Source of the DNA: an archaeon GW2011_AR15
Lineage (GTDB): Archaea; Nanobdellota; Nanobdellia; Woesearchaeales; GW2011-AR15
Reading direction: 5' to 3'
DNA length: 64,000 nucleotides
NCBI GenBank assembly: GCA_000830295.1
Contig: CP010425.1
Coordinates: 294,884-358,883 of the forward strand
Both the position numbers and the translations under genes were made by a program. Below, one piece after another: positions 56,397 through 64,000 of this stretch; position 1 is the first letter of the stretch; every line of letters starts with the position of its first letter. The notes under the pieces are model-generated. The model searched no databases. It worked only from the letters and a program-made list of their open reading frames with translations, and was not told the DNA's origin.

Positions 56397-57884
56397 TTGG
56401 AAACTAAGGCAATTGATTCTTACAAGATATACTCAGAGAAGATACCTCTGCAGATACATATCTACAGCCAGAGGGGCCAGCCCGTGCCATTTTATCACCT
56501 TTCCCTGCTCAATATTACCCCTGAGACAAAAAGGACAATCGAGAGAATAAGAAATGACATAATCACAGGGCTGAGCTTTGACATAAGCCAGAAGCAGGGT
56601 AAGCAGGGGGAGGAAGAGATAAAGGAGCAGTTCAGGGAAAAGCTTTCTGCCCTGATAGAGGGGCAATTCGCAGGCGCTGACCAGGATACTGTTGAGCTGA
56701 TAACCGACTACATAATCACAACAAGCCTTGGCCTTGCTGAGCTGGAGTTCCTGCTGAATGACCAGCAGCTTGAGGAGATTGTAATAAACGGCGCAGGAAT
56801 CAATGTGTGGGTCTACCACAAAAAATACGGCTGGCTTAAGACAAACATTGTTTTCAATGACGAGAATAAAATAAGGCATTTTGCAACAATAATAGGGAGG
56901 AACGTGGACAGGGGAATAAGCCTCCTTGATCCGCTGCTGGATGCCCACCTGAAGACAGGTGACAGGGTGAACGCCACTCTTGCTCCTATAACAACTGCAG
57001 GAAACACCCTCACCATCAGGAAATTTTCAAAGGTGCCGTGGACAATAACAACTTTCCTGAAAAACAAGACAATCGATTACAATGCCGCTGCTTTAATATG
57101 GCAGGCAATGCAGTATGAGCTGTCAATCCTTGTTGTCGGGGGAACAGGCTCCGGTAAAACCTCTTTCATGAATGTAATTTCAGGATTTTTCCCGCCAAAC
57201 CAAAGGATAATTTCAATTGAGGATACAAGGGAGCTGCAGCTGCCCGCAACCCTTCACTGGGTGCCTATGCAGTCCAGGCTTCCGAACCCTGAAGGAAAGG
57301 GTGAAATAACAATGCTTGACTGCATGATCAACGCACTGAGGATGAGGCCGGACAGGATTATAGTCGGAGAAGTAAGGAGAGAAAAGGAGCTTGAGGTCAT
57401 GTTTGAAGCCCTGCACACCGGCCATTCTGTATACAGCACTTTCCACGCAAGCAATGTAAATGAGACCATTGCCCGTCTTGCAAATCCCCCTATAAATCTT
57501 GCAAGGCAGCTGCTCGCATCGCTTGACCTGATTGTTGTCCAGCACAGGAACAGAAGGACTGGAGTAAGGAGGACATTCCAGGTAGCTGAGCTTGACGAAT
57601 CCGGGAACCCAAAAATCATAATGCAGCATAATAACATGCAGGACAGGATGTCCCAGACAGCCCTTCCGCAGAGGACAATGGCCACTCTCATGCTTTACAG
57701 CGGGATGAGCCAGGAGCAGATAAGCACCGAGCTGCAGGAGAAGATATCTGTGCTTAAATGGCTTGTTGCAAGGGACATAGAAGAGATAGGCAAAGTCGGG
57801 CTTATCATAAGCGATTACTACACAGAAAAGCAGCACCTTCTCGACCTTGTCAAAAAGAATAAAGATTATGTGGCTGTGAAGTAA
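56397..57884 (+). CDS. type IV pilus/archaellum assembly ATPase (FlaI/PilB/GspE family)
   Basis: It has Walker A VVGGTGSGKTS, an Asp box ISIEDTRELQL, Walker B IIVGEVRREKE and a His box TFHASN, with an N-terminal domain of typical size (495 aa). Confidence 0.8.
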   Translation: METKAIDSYKIYSEKIPLQIHIYSQRGQPVPFYHLSLLNITPETKRTIERIRNDIITGLSFDISQKQGKQGEEEIKEQFREKLSALIEGQFAGADQDTVELITDYIITTSLGLAELEFLLNDQQLEEIVINGAGINVWVYHKKYGWLKTNIVFNDENKIRHFATIIGRNVDRGISLLDPLLDAHLKTGDRVNATLAPITTAGNTLTIRKFSKVPWTITTFLKNKTIDYNAAALIWQAMQYELSILVVGGTGSGKTSFMNVISGFFPPNQRIISIEDTRELQLPATLHWVPMQSRLPNPEGKGEITMLDCMINALRMRPDRIIVGEVRREKELEVMFEALHTGHSVYSTFHASNVNETIARLANPPINLARQLLASLDLIVVQHRNRRTGVRRTFQVAELDESGNPKIIMQHNNMQDRMSQTALPQRTMATLMLYSGMSQEQISTELQEKISVLKWLVARDIEEIGKVGLIISDYYTEKQHLLDLVKKNKDYVAVK

Positions 57885-58679
57885 ATGAGAAATATATTTT
57901 CAAAGGAATATACAAAAATCCTGAAGAAGACACAGACAAATCCTGAGAGGTTTTCAAAACTGGCCGTGGCTTCAAGCCTTATTGTTGCCCTTCTTATTTC
58001 CGGCATAGTGCTGGCGCTGCTGATTTTCAGGGGCTTGCCGCCGTATTATGCAGTTATAGTTTTCCTGGCTGCGTTTTTTTTGGCATTTGAGATGATAAAA
58101 CTGATTCCGGCAATGAGCCTCAGGAGCCGGAAGGCAATGCTTGAATCAGACCTTCTGTATTCCGCAAGGCACCTTCTTCTGAAGCTGGAAAGCGGCTCAT
58201 CACTTGTGAATTCCCTGGAGAGCGTAAGCACACTCAATACAAAGTCAAGCGCATATTTCAAGAAGCTCATGCTGGATATCTCGCTTGGGACACCAATAGA
58301 AGATGCCATAGAAAAAGCAATAGCCTACAGCCCTTCCCTTGCATATTCAAAGATACTGAGTGAGATAAAGACCTCACTGGAAACAGGCTCTGACCTGCGG
58401 AAGACAATAAAGAATATTGTTGAGGATGTCACAAGAAACCACCTTATCCATATACAGGAATACGGCAAGAAACTGAATCCCATGTCAATGTTCTATATGA
58501 TCCTGGGGACTGTTTTCCCGAGCATTGGCACTGCCCTTATAATAGTAGCTGCAAGCCTTCTTCCCGGAGTCCTTGTAATAAACTTCACCGTGCTTATGTT
58601 CCTCCTGTTTATGCTGCTGGTAGTCCAGCTGTTTTTCCTGTTCTCATTCAGGTCGCTTAAGCCAGGGGTGATGGAATGA
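57885..58679 (+). CDS. type II secretion system F-domain membrane protein (TadC/FlaJ-like, first half)
   Basis: An N-terminal TM is followed by a cytoplasmic T2SSF-like helical domain (..LDISLGTPIEDAIEKA..) and C-terminal TMs. It begins 1 nt after the ATPase stop. Confidence 0.6.
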   Translation: MRNIFSKEYTKILKKTQTNPERFSKLAVASSLIVALLISGIVLALLIFRGLPPYYAVIVFLAAFFLAFEMIKLIPAMSLRSRKAMLESDLLYSARHLLLKLESGSSLVNSLESVSTLNTKSSAYFKKLMLDISLGTPIEDAIEKAIAYSPSLAYSKILSEIKTSLETGSDLRKTIKNIVEDVTRNHLIHIQEYGKKLNPMSMFYMILGTVFPSIGTALIIVAASLLPGVLVINFTVLMFLLFMLLVVQLFFLFSFRSLKPGVME

Positions 58680-59680
58680 GTTTTTTCTATAACCTCGGGA
58701 AAAGCATCCTGCCTGAAAGGATAAGGCAGAGAATAGGCATATATCTTGAAAAGACCGGAAAATATGAGGTTCCTTTTGATACATATGGGAAAGTTTTTGT
58801 GTTCTCTTTTGCAATAAGCATCCTTGCCTATGCCTTGCTCCTTTACTCTTATCTTAAGTCTGCAGGGCTTGCGCTTTTCCTGATACTCTCCTTCCTGAGC
58901 CTGACAGCGCTCCAGCTCGGCCTTGTTTTTGTCATGCTTATAGGCTTCTGGCTTTATTATGAGTTCGTGATATTCAGAAGGACGAGAGAAATAGAGGAAG
59001 TCCTGCCTGATTTTCTTGAGCAGGTCTCTGTAAATCTAAGGGCAGGAATGAGCTTTGACAGGGCTCTCTGGAATTCTGTAAACCCCGACTTCGGAGTGCT
59101 TGAAAGAGAGATAGAGATTGTCTCAAAGAAAGTTATGACCGGAGACGATACAGAGCAGGCCCTGAAGGAATTTGCGAACAAGTACAATTCAACATTGCTG
59201 CAGGAATCAATGGATATGATAATAATAGGAATACGGGCAGGCGGCAACATATCTGAGCTTATAGACAGGGTCGTGGCAAATGTAAAGGAAGCCCACTACC
59301 TCAATGAAGAGCTTATAGCAAGCGTAACCAGCTATGTGATATTCATAAGCGTCATAGCCGTCGTGATTTCCCCTGTGCTGTTTGCACTGTCATTCAACCT
59401 GATGCAGATAATACAGGGGCTTGGGGACAAGCTTACTGTGACAAATTACGGAAATGTGCTGAATTTCGGGGATAACCTGCTTAACCCAAAGGATTTCATA
59501 CTCTTCTCAAAGATAGCCATAGTCATCATCGCAGGCATATCCTCCCTTATAATTGCTGACCTGAGGGAAGGCAGCATAAAGGCAGGGCTCAAATACATTG
59601 TGCTGTTTGCGCCTATAGCGTATATTATCTATCTTGTTGCGCTTGCAGGATTGTCAGGGGCGTTTGGCGTTGTCGTCTAG
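58676..59680 (+). CDS. type II secretion system F-domain membrane protein (TadC/FlaJ-like, second half)
   Basis: It contains a T2SSF-like domain (..VNLRAGMSFDRALWNS.., ..IIIGIRAGGNISE..). It overlaps the upstream gene by 4 nt (ATGA). Confidence 0.6.
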   Translation: MSFFYNLGKSILPERIRQRIGIYLEKTGKYEVPFDTYGKVFVFSFAISILAYALLLYSYLKSAGLALFLILSFLSLTALQLGLVFVMLIGFWLYYEFVIFRRTREIEEVLPDFLEQVSVNLRAGMSFDRALWNSVNPDFGVLEREIEIVSKKVMTGDDTEQALKEFANKYNSTLLQESMDMIIIGIRAGGNISELIDRVVANVKEAHYLNEELIASVTSYVIFISVIAVVISPVLFALSFNLMQIIQGLGDKLTVTNYGNVLNFGDNLLNPKDFILFSKIAIVIIAGISSLIIADLREGSIKAGLKYIVLFAPIAYIIYLVALAGLSGAFGVVV

Positions 59681-60021
59681 AACATAATAAAATCGCCTAT
59701 TTCTGTCCCGCTCCTCTTTACTGCACCGTCAGGAAGCTCCAGCACGTATTTTGCTTTCTCTCTGGGATAATAAACTGTAAAGGGGAGGAAGTGCTCCTTT
59801 ATTTCTATAATTCTTTTCCTGTTATCAAGAAAGACAAGGTCTATGGGAAAAAATACGAAAAGCATATGCAGTCCCCTTCTCTCTGCCTTGTCAAAGACAA
59901 AGACAAGCCCCGTGTCTGTTATTTTTCTTGAAAACATCAGGCCCCTGAGCTTTGAGGGAATGCTTCTGCAAACCCTCATTTCTGCTGTAATCACTATGTT
60001 TTTGGTCTTATTCAGTATCAT
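59677..60021 (-). CDS. DUF192 (COG1430) domain protein
   Basis: The 114-aa product contains PIDLVFLD and YVLELP, characteristic of DUF192. It is convergent with, and overlaps by 4 nt, the end of the platform gene. Confidence 0.6.
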   Translation of the reverse strand: MILNKTKNIVITAEMRVCRSIPSKLRGLMFSRKITDTGLVFVFDKAERRGLHMLFVFFPIDLVFLDNRKRIIEIKEHFLPFTVYYPREKAKYVLELPDGAVKRSGTEIGDFIMF

Positions 60022-60122
60022 AACCTAATTTGATATAATTTGGAATTTAAAAAAATTTATATATAGAAGGCATAATTGATATAGTACAGGGGTAGGTAGA
60101 AATCAGCAGCAAATCTTTCAAC

Positions 60123-60629
60123 GTGGATATGGATGCTTATCTTTCCAGAAGGACGAAGGATAAGCCTAAAAAAGAGGATAAGGAAGAGAAGAAGAAAGAG
60201 GTAGAAGTAGTTGAAGTGGAGGAGATAGTGGAAGAGGTTGAAATTACCCCCAGAAAAAGAAAGGTCTCTTTTTTGAAAAGATTTTTTGATTCCCTTTTCG
60301 GGGATGCTGAAGAATATCCTGAAGTAGGAGAGGTAGAGAGGATGAAAGAAGAGAGGGAATTTGAGGATATGGAACAGAAGCCAAAGAAAAGGAAGAAGGA
60401 TCTGCTTTCAAAATTATTCGGATGGCTCGGCGGGGAAGAGGATACTGCTGCTGAAGAGGTTGCTATTCAGGCGCATGCTGAAGTGAATGAAGACCTCAAA
60501 GATGCGCTTAAGATACAGAACAAGTGGCTCCAGAAACTGCCTGCCCAGAGCATAAGGGATTTCAAGGCATCAGAAGATTACAAAAGATACAGAGAGATAC
60601 TTGAAAAGTATAAGCTGCTGAAGAAATAA
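60123..60629 (+). CDS. highly charged Lys/Glu-rich protein, probably disordered
   Basis: The N-terminal KKEDKEEKKKEVEVVEVEEIVEEVE and further KE-rich helices carry no recognisable motif. Confidence 0.35.
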   Translation: MDMDAYLSRRTKDKPKKEDKEEKKKEVEVVEVEEIVEEVEITPRKRKVSFLKRFFDSLFGDAEEYPEVGEVERMKEEREFEDMEQKPKKRKKDLLSKLFGWLGGEEDTAAEEVAIQAHAEVNEDLKDALKIQNKWLQKLPAQSIRDFKASEDYKRYREILEKYKLLKK

Positions 60630-60714
60630 TAAAAATTTTTATCTGTTTTTATGCCTATTGCCCAATATAACCTATTGGAAAGGTATTTATACTTATTATC
60701 CGGCATATTAATAT

Positions 60715-61443
60715 ATGAATTTAGGCTATATTCTTTCAGGCATTTGGTTCTATTTTATAGATTCATTCGTGCTCTGGCTGAAAGCTATATTTGTCGCTCC
60801 GTTTACCAATCCTGACATGCTCTGGATACTTATTCCTATCTGGGTCGGCTGGATTTTTGCTGATTTTTTCCAGGAGAAGAAAGGAACATCACTGGGAAAC
60901 GCGATATCAAACGGAGTGCTTGCCCTGTGGGCCGGGTTAGACTGGATCCGCACCAGCATAAGGGCAGTGCAGGCAGGTGATAGCGCGCACTGGCTGAGCT
61001 GGCTCGGGAAATCTGTTGTTGCCCTATTTGTGCTGTCATACGGCTGCTGGATAATATACCTCGGTGTCAAGGGAAAGCAACTTACAAAATATCTGGGCAG
61101 AATAAGGGAAGTCACCTATGTTGTAATAATATTCAGCCCATTGTTTTACAGGAACCCTGTAATCAGCGGGCTGTCCTTCCAGCTTCTGTTTTCAGCAGTT
61201 ATTTTCTTTCCCGTATTCTACTATTTTACAGAATTCCTGAACTGGATAATACCGGACCCTGAATCAATAAAGCAGGATGATAAGAAAGCAGCAGGCATTC
61301 CTGCGGGTCCGCAATCGTGGAGCCCATCTGGCCACAGAAATGAGGGATATAACCATAACCCCTATTCATCCCATTACCCATATCACCATATTGCCACAAT
61401 GGGAATGAGAAACCAAAGAAAGCCTGATTACAAATTAAGGTAG
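60715..61443 (+). CDS. polytopic membrane protein, unknown function
   Basis: It has about 6 TM helices and a Pro/His/Tyr-rich cytoplasmic tail. Confidence 0.4.
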   Translation: MNLGYILSGIWFYFIDSFVLWLKAIFVAPFTNPDMLWILIPIWVGWIFADFFQEKKGTSLGNAISNGVLALWAGLDWIRTSIRAVQAGDSAHWLSWLGKSVVALFVLSYGCWIIYLGVKGKQLTKYLGRIREVTYVVIIFSPLFYRNPVISGLSFQLLFSAVIFFPVFYYFTEFLNWIIPDPESIKQDDKKAAGIPAGPQSWSPSGHRNEGYNHNPYSSHYPYHHIATMGMRNQRKPDYKLR

Positions 61444-61464
61444 ATTATAGAATAAATAAAAAAA

Positions 61465-61815
61465 TCAGCAGACGCTCTTTCCGCATCCGCATGTGCTTGT
61501 CGCGTTTGGGTTGTCTATCTTGAATCCTGAGCCGTGCAGGGAATCTACAAAGTCTATTTTGACTCCTTTAAGGAACTCCACGCTGTCCTTGTCAACAAAG
61601 ATTTTTACCCCGTGCTGCTCCATAACCAAGTCTGTCTTTTCAGGATTTTCCTCAAAATCCATGCCATACTGGAATCCTAAGCATCCGCCTGGAAACACAT
61701 AGAGCTTAAGTCCGTGCTTTTCCTTGTTGTCCTGTTTGGCAAGCTCCATTATTTTGCCTGCAGCTTTCTCTGTGATTGTAACAACCTGTTTTACTTCGGT
61801 TTTTTGCTTAGCCAT
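61465..61815 (-). CDS. iron-sulfur cluster assembly accessory protein (HesB/IscA/ErpA family)
   Basis: The C-terminal FKIDNPNATSTCGCGKSV signature and the upstream Cys (PGGCLGF) are present. Confidence 0.85.
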   Translation of the reverse strand: MAKQKTEVKQVVTITEKAAGKIMELAKQDNKEKHGLKLYVFPGGCLGFQYGMDFEENPEKTDLVMEQHGVKIFVDKDSVEFLKGVKIDFVDSLHGSGFKIDNPNATSTCGCGKSVC

Positions 61816-61864
61816 GATGTCCTCACCTTGTTTAATGAATCAAACTTTGATTATAAATCTTTCT

Positions 61865-62593
61865 CTATGCTCCCCAGACATCCCGCTTTATGTTCTGCCT
61901 GTCTGCTCCAAGCTCCTTCAGTGTTGCCCCTATGTCCCTGATGAAAGGTATCGGGCCGCAGATATAGAAAAGTTTTTTCGGGCTGAAATTCCCCTCAAGC
62001 AGCTGCCTGTCAATCCTCCCTGCCCTCCCGTCCCATCCTTCTGTCTGCCTTGTAATCGTATATAGAACTGTGATGTTCCTGTTTTCATCTGCCAGCCTGT
62101 TGAGCTCTTCCCTGTAGATTATTCTGTCAACTGTCTTGGCGCTGTAAAGCAGCGTAATTTTAGTATCCAGCTTCTTCTGTGTGCAGTATTTCATTATGGA
62201 CCTGAAAGGCACGACTCCTGAGCCGCCTGCGATAAGAACAATCTCATTGCCCATCTCTTCTGTATATGTGAAATGCCCTTTAGGCTGGCTTATCTCAAAT
62301 TCATCCCCAACTTCAACTTTTTTGTGGAAGAAAGGCGTCAGCCTTCCGTCAGGGGTCAGCTCTATGGTCAGCTCAATGGATCCCTTATCCAGAGGAGACG
62401 ATGCTATTGAGTATGCCCTGCCCACTTCCTCGCCATCTATTTTTGCATAGAGCATGACGAACTGGCCGGGTGTAAACACTATTTCTCCTTCTGCAAGTAT
62501 GAGTTTGAATGTTTTTACATTGCCCGTTTCGCACCTTATTTCAGAAACTTTCACTTTTATCCTTGGCTCATCCATGGAAAATCCTGAAATCAT
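61865..62593 (-). CDS. FNR-like FAD/NAD(P)-binding oxidoreductase subunit (PyrK/sulfite-reductase-B-like, without a C-terminal Fe-S domain)
   Basis: The FAD-binding RAYSIAS (RxYS), GDEFEIS and NAD-binding LIAGGSGVVP motifs are present. No C-terminal cysteine cluster is seen. Confidence 0.6.
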   Translation of the reverse strand: MISGFSMDEPRIKVKVSEIRCETGNVKTFKLILAEGEIVFTPGQFVMLYAKIDGEEVGRAYSIASSPLDKGSIELTIELTPDGRLTPFFHKKVEVGDEFEISQPKGHFTYTEEMGNEIVLIAGGSGVVPFRSIMKYCTQKKLDTKITLLYSAKTVDRIIYREELNRLADENRNITVLYTITRQTEGWDGRAGRIDRQLLEGNFSPKKLFYICGPIPFIRDIGATLKELGADRQNIKRDVWGA

Positions 62594-62656
62594 GATGTTT
62601 TAAATAGTTATTCCTTTAAACAAAATTTTAAAAACAAAGTATGTTTCCGTGTAGAT

Positions 62657-63247
62657 ATGGCTGAGTTTGCATACCAGGTAAAAATCCCGAAGGAAAGGGT
62701 TGCCGTGCTTATAGGCAAGAAAGGGGAAGTCAAGAAGCAGATAGAGGAGACTACAGGCATAGCCATGGAGATTGACTCAAAAGAGGGAGAGGTTAATGTC
62801 ATAGGGGATGATGCCCTTATGCTCTATTCCACAAGGGAGATAATAAAGGCCATTGCCCGGGGATTCAACCCGGAAATTGCCATGCTCCTGCTGAAGCAGG
62901 ACTATGCTTTCGAGGTAATCAGCCTGCCTGACTTTGAGAAAAAAAGCCAGTTCATGAGGATAAAGGGAAGAATTATAGGCGCTGAAGGAAAGACAAGGAG
63001 AATCATTGAAGAGCATACAGAATGCTTTGTCTCTGTCTACGGCAAGACCGTTGCCATAATAGGAAGGAGCGACTCAATTCATATTGCAAGGAAAGCTGTC
63101 GAGATGATAATAAAAGGAAGCCCGCACTCAACTGTCTACCAGTGGCTCGAGAAGATGAAGAGGCAGCTGAGAAGAAGAGAACTGGAAGATAATTTTGAAG
63201 ATCATCTAAGATATCCTAAAGACGATAAAAAGTTAGACAATCTTTAA
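62657..63247 (+). CDS. KH-domain RNA-binding protein (archaeal Pno1/Dim2-like, two KH domains)
   Basis: Two KH-like segments carry GxxG-type loops (IGKKGEVKK, IGAEGKTRR). The size and architecture are typical of archaeal Dim2-like proteins. Confidence 0.7.
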   Translation: MAEFAYQVKIPKERVAVLIGKKGEVKKQIEETTGIAMEIDSKEGEVNVIGDDALMLYSTREIIKAIARGFNPEIAMLLLKQDYAFEVISLPDFEKKSQFMRIKGRIIGAEGKTRRIIEEHTECFVSVYGKTVAIIGRSDSIHIARKAVEMIIKGSPHSTVYQWLEKMKRQLRRRELEDNFEDHLRYPKDDKKLDNL

Positions 63248-63283
63248 ATATCCGTCTGCTATTGCTATTCCTGGTGAGGACCA

Positions 63284-63703
63284 ATGGCTTACATCATAAC
63301 AGAACTCTGTCTTAGGGATGGCGCATGCGTAGAGGTGTGCCCTGTTGACTGCATCAGGCCGGGAGAGCCGCAGGAAGAGCATCCCACATTTTACATAGAC
63401 CCTGCTACCTGCATTGACTGCAATGCCTGCCTTCCGACATGCCCTTATGAGGCAATTTTTGAAGGCCTTGAGGTTGATGCTATGAAAAATTTTGTGGCAA
63501 ACGGCGGCGAGCATCTTGCGGCAAAACTTGGAACGCCCGGTTTTAATGAGGTATATGAAGGGCATGACGCAAAAGGAAACCCCGTAAAGCTGGAAGCGAC
63601 AAGGACTTTGCAGAAAGGGGAGGCAGTTGACCTTACAACCGCGATAGAGCAGAACGAGAAGTACTTCACAGAAGGGCTGGGATATAACGCCAAGAAGTTT
63701 TGA
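63284..63703 (+). CDS. ferredoxin (two Fe-S cluster motifs, 7Fe-like) with a C-terminal extension
   Basis: It has CxxxxxCxxxCP (CLRDGACVEVCP) and CxxCxxCxxxCP (CIDCNACLPTCP) motifs. Confidence 0.7.
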   Translation: MAYIITELCLRDGACVEVCPVDCIRPGEPQEEHPTFYIDPATCIDCNACLPTCPYEAIFEGLEVDAMKNFVANGGEHLAAKLGTPGFNEVYEGHDAKGNPVKLEATRTLQKGEAVDLTTAIEQNEKYFTEGLGYNAKKF

Positions 63704-64000
63704 ATGATGGCAGAAACAGCAACTTTTGGTGCCGGATGCTTCTGGGGAGTTGAGCACGAGTTCTCAAAAGTCAAAGGTGTACTCTCTACAGAAGTCGGCT
63801 TCATGGGCGGAGATGCTGAGAACCCTTCTTACCAGCTTGTCTGCACCAATACAACAGGCCATGCAGAAGTCGTGCATGTAAAATATGACCCGAAGAAAGT
63901 TCCGTATGAAAAGCTGCTTGAGGTTTTCTGGAGAGTACACGACCCGACTCAGCTCAACAGGCAGGGCCCCGATGTGGGAACACAGTACAGGTCTGTGATA
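63704..64000 (+). CDS. msrA: peptide methionine sulfoxide reductase MsrA (5' part; runs off the window)
   Basis: The N-terminus [12 protein letters not shown] carries the MsrA GCFWG active-site motif. The ATG lies immediately after the ferredoxin stop. Confidence 0.8.
   Translation, partial: MMAETATFGAGCFWGVEHEFSKVKGVLSTEVGFMGGDAENPSYQLVCTNTTGHAEVVHVKYDPKKVPYEKLLEVFWRVHDPTQLNRQGPDVGTQYRSVI

Noticed and set aside
1-64000. CRISPR arrays, rRNA genes, IS elements and integrases
   Set aside because: I scanned for regularly spaced direct repeats, long GC-rich rRNA-like stretches and transposase or integrase-like ORFs and found none. The only exact repeats are the short promoter-region motifs reported above.

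Overview
The window reads as an archaeal chromosomal segment of about 40-45% GC, judged by eye. Compact, often overlapping or translationally coupled genes show archaeal hallmarks: L18e, L13, S11, S4, S13, RNA polymerase subunits D, L and N, fibrillarin with Nop5, RFC large subunit, archaeal DnaG, Sec61-beta, archaeal-type LeuRS, GlyRS and TrpRS, and UppS. I found no rRNA, no CRISPR array and no obvious transposon or integrase. Main content, left to right:
- (1) The tail of a ribosomal-protein/RNAP operon (S13-S4-S11-RpoD-L18e-L13).
- (2) An FMN reductase, GlyRS, an Lrp regulator and RFC-L.
- (3) fibrillarin-HD-Nop5, then one long co-directional minus-strand cluster encoding the whole acetyl-CoA-to-GGPP route. 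It comprises HMG-CoA synthase, thiolase, the DUF35 Zn-ribbon protein, HMG-CoA reductase, mevalonate kinase, an ERG8-type phosphomevalonate kinase, diphosphomevalonate decarboxylase and GGPP synthase.
- (4) RpoL, an LMW-PTP-like protein, LeuRS, a SpeH-like protein, methyltransferases and RpoN.
- (5) A block of unknown genes followed by a sugar-activation and glycosylation neighbourhood (glucokinase, GalT-like, GT4, a GT-A-like protein, a presenilin-like protease).
- (6) tRNA-Trp(CCA) without an intron, about 2.6 kb upstream of TrpRS, with YggS and an AstE/AspA-family protein between them.
- (7) Aspartate racemase and a HerA/FtsK-like ATPase with an HD protein.
- (8) DnaG, a long intergenic region with a candidate structured RNA, and UppS.
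- (9) A two-part type IV pilus/archaellum-like secretion locus. Part A has a pilin-like protein, two coiled-coil proteins and an unusually large 757-aa FlaI/GspE-like ATPase. Part B has a second ATPase, a split two-gene TadC/FlaJ-like platform and a DUF192 protein. Between the parts lie a membrane-anchored winged-helix regulator with repeat-bearing divergent promoter, a secreted Ala/Glu-rich protein, a lipoprotein, PspC, a CDP-alcohol phosphatidyltransferase::DUF192 fusion and Sec61-beta.
- (10) An IscA/FNR-like/KH-protein/ferredoxin/MsrA group at the right edge.
The most novel-looking material is the pilus-like locus with its giant ATPase, the transmembrane one-component regulator and its direct repeats, the DUF192 duplications, the fully clustered classical mevalonate pathway, and the candidate ncRNA upstream of dnaG.
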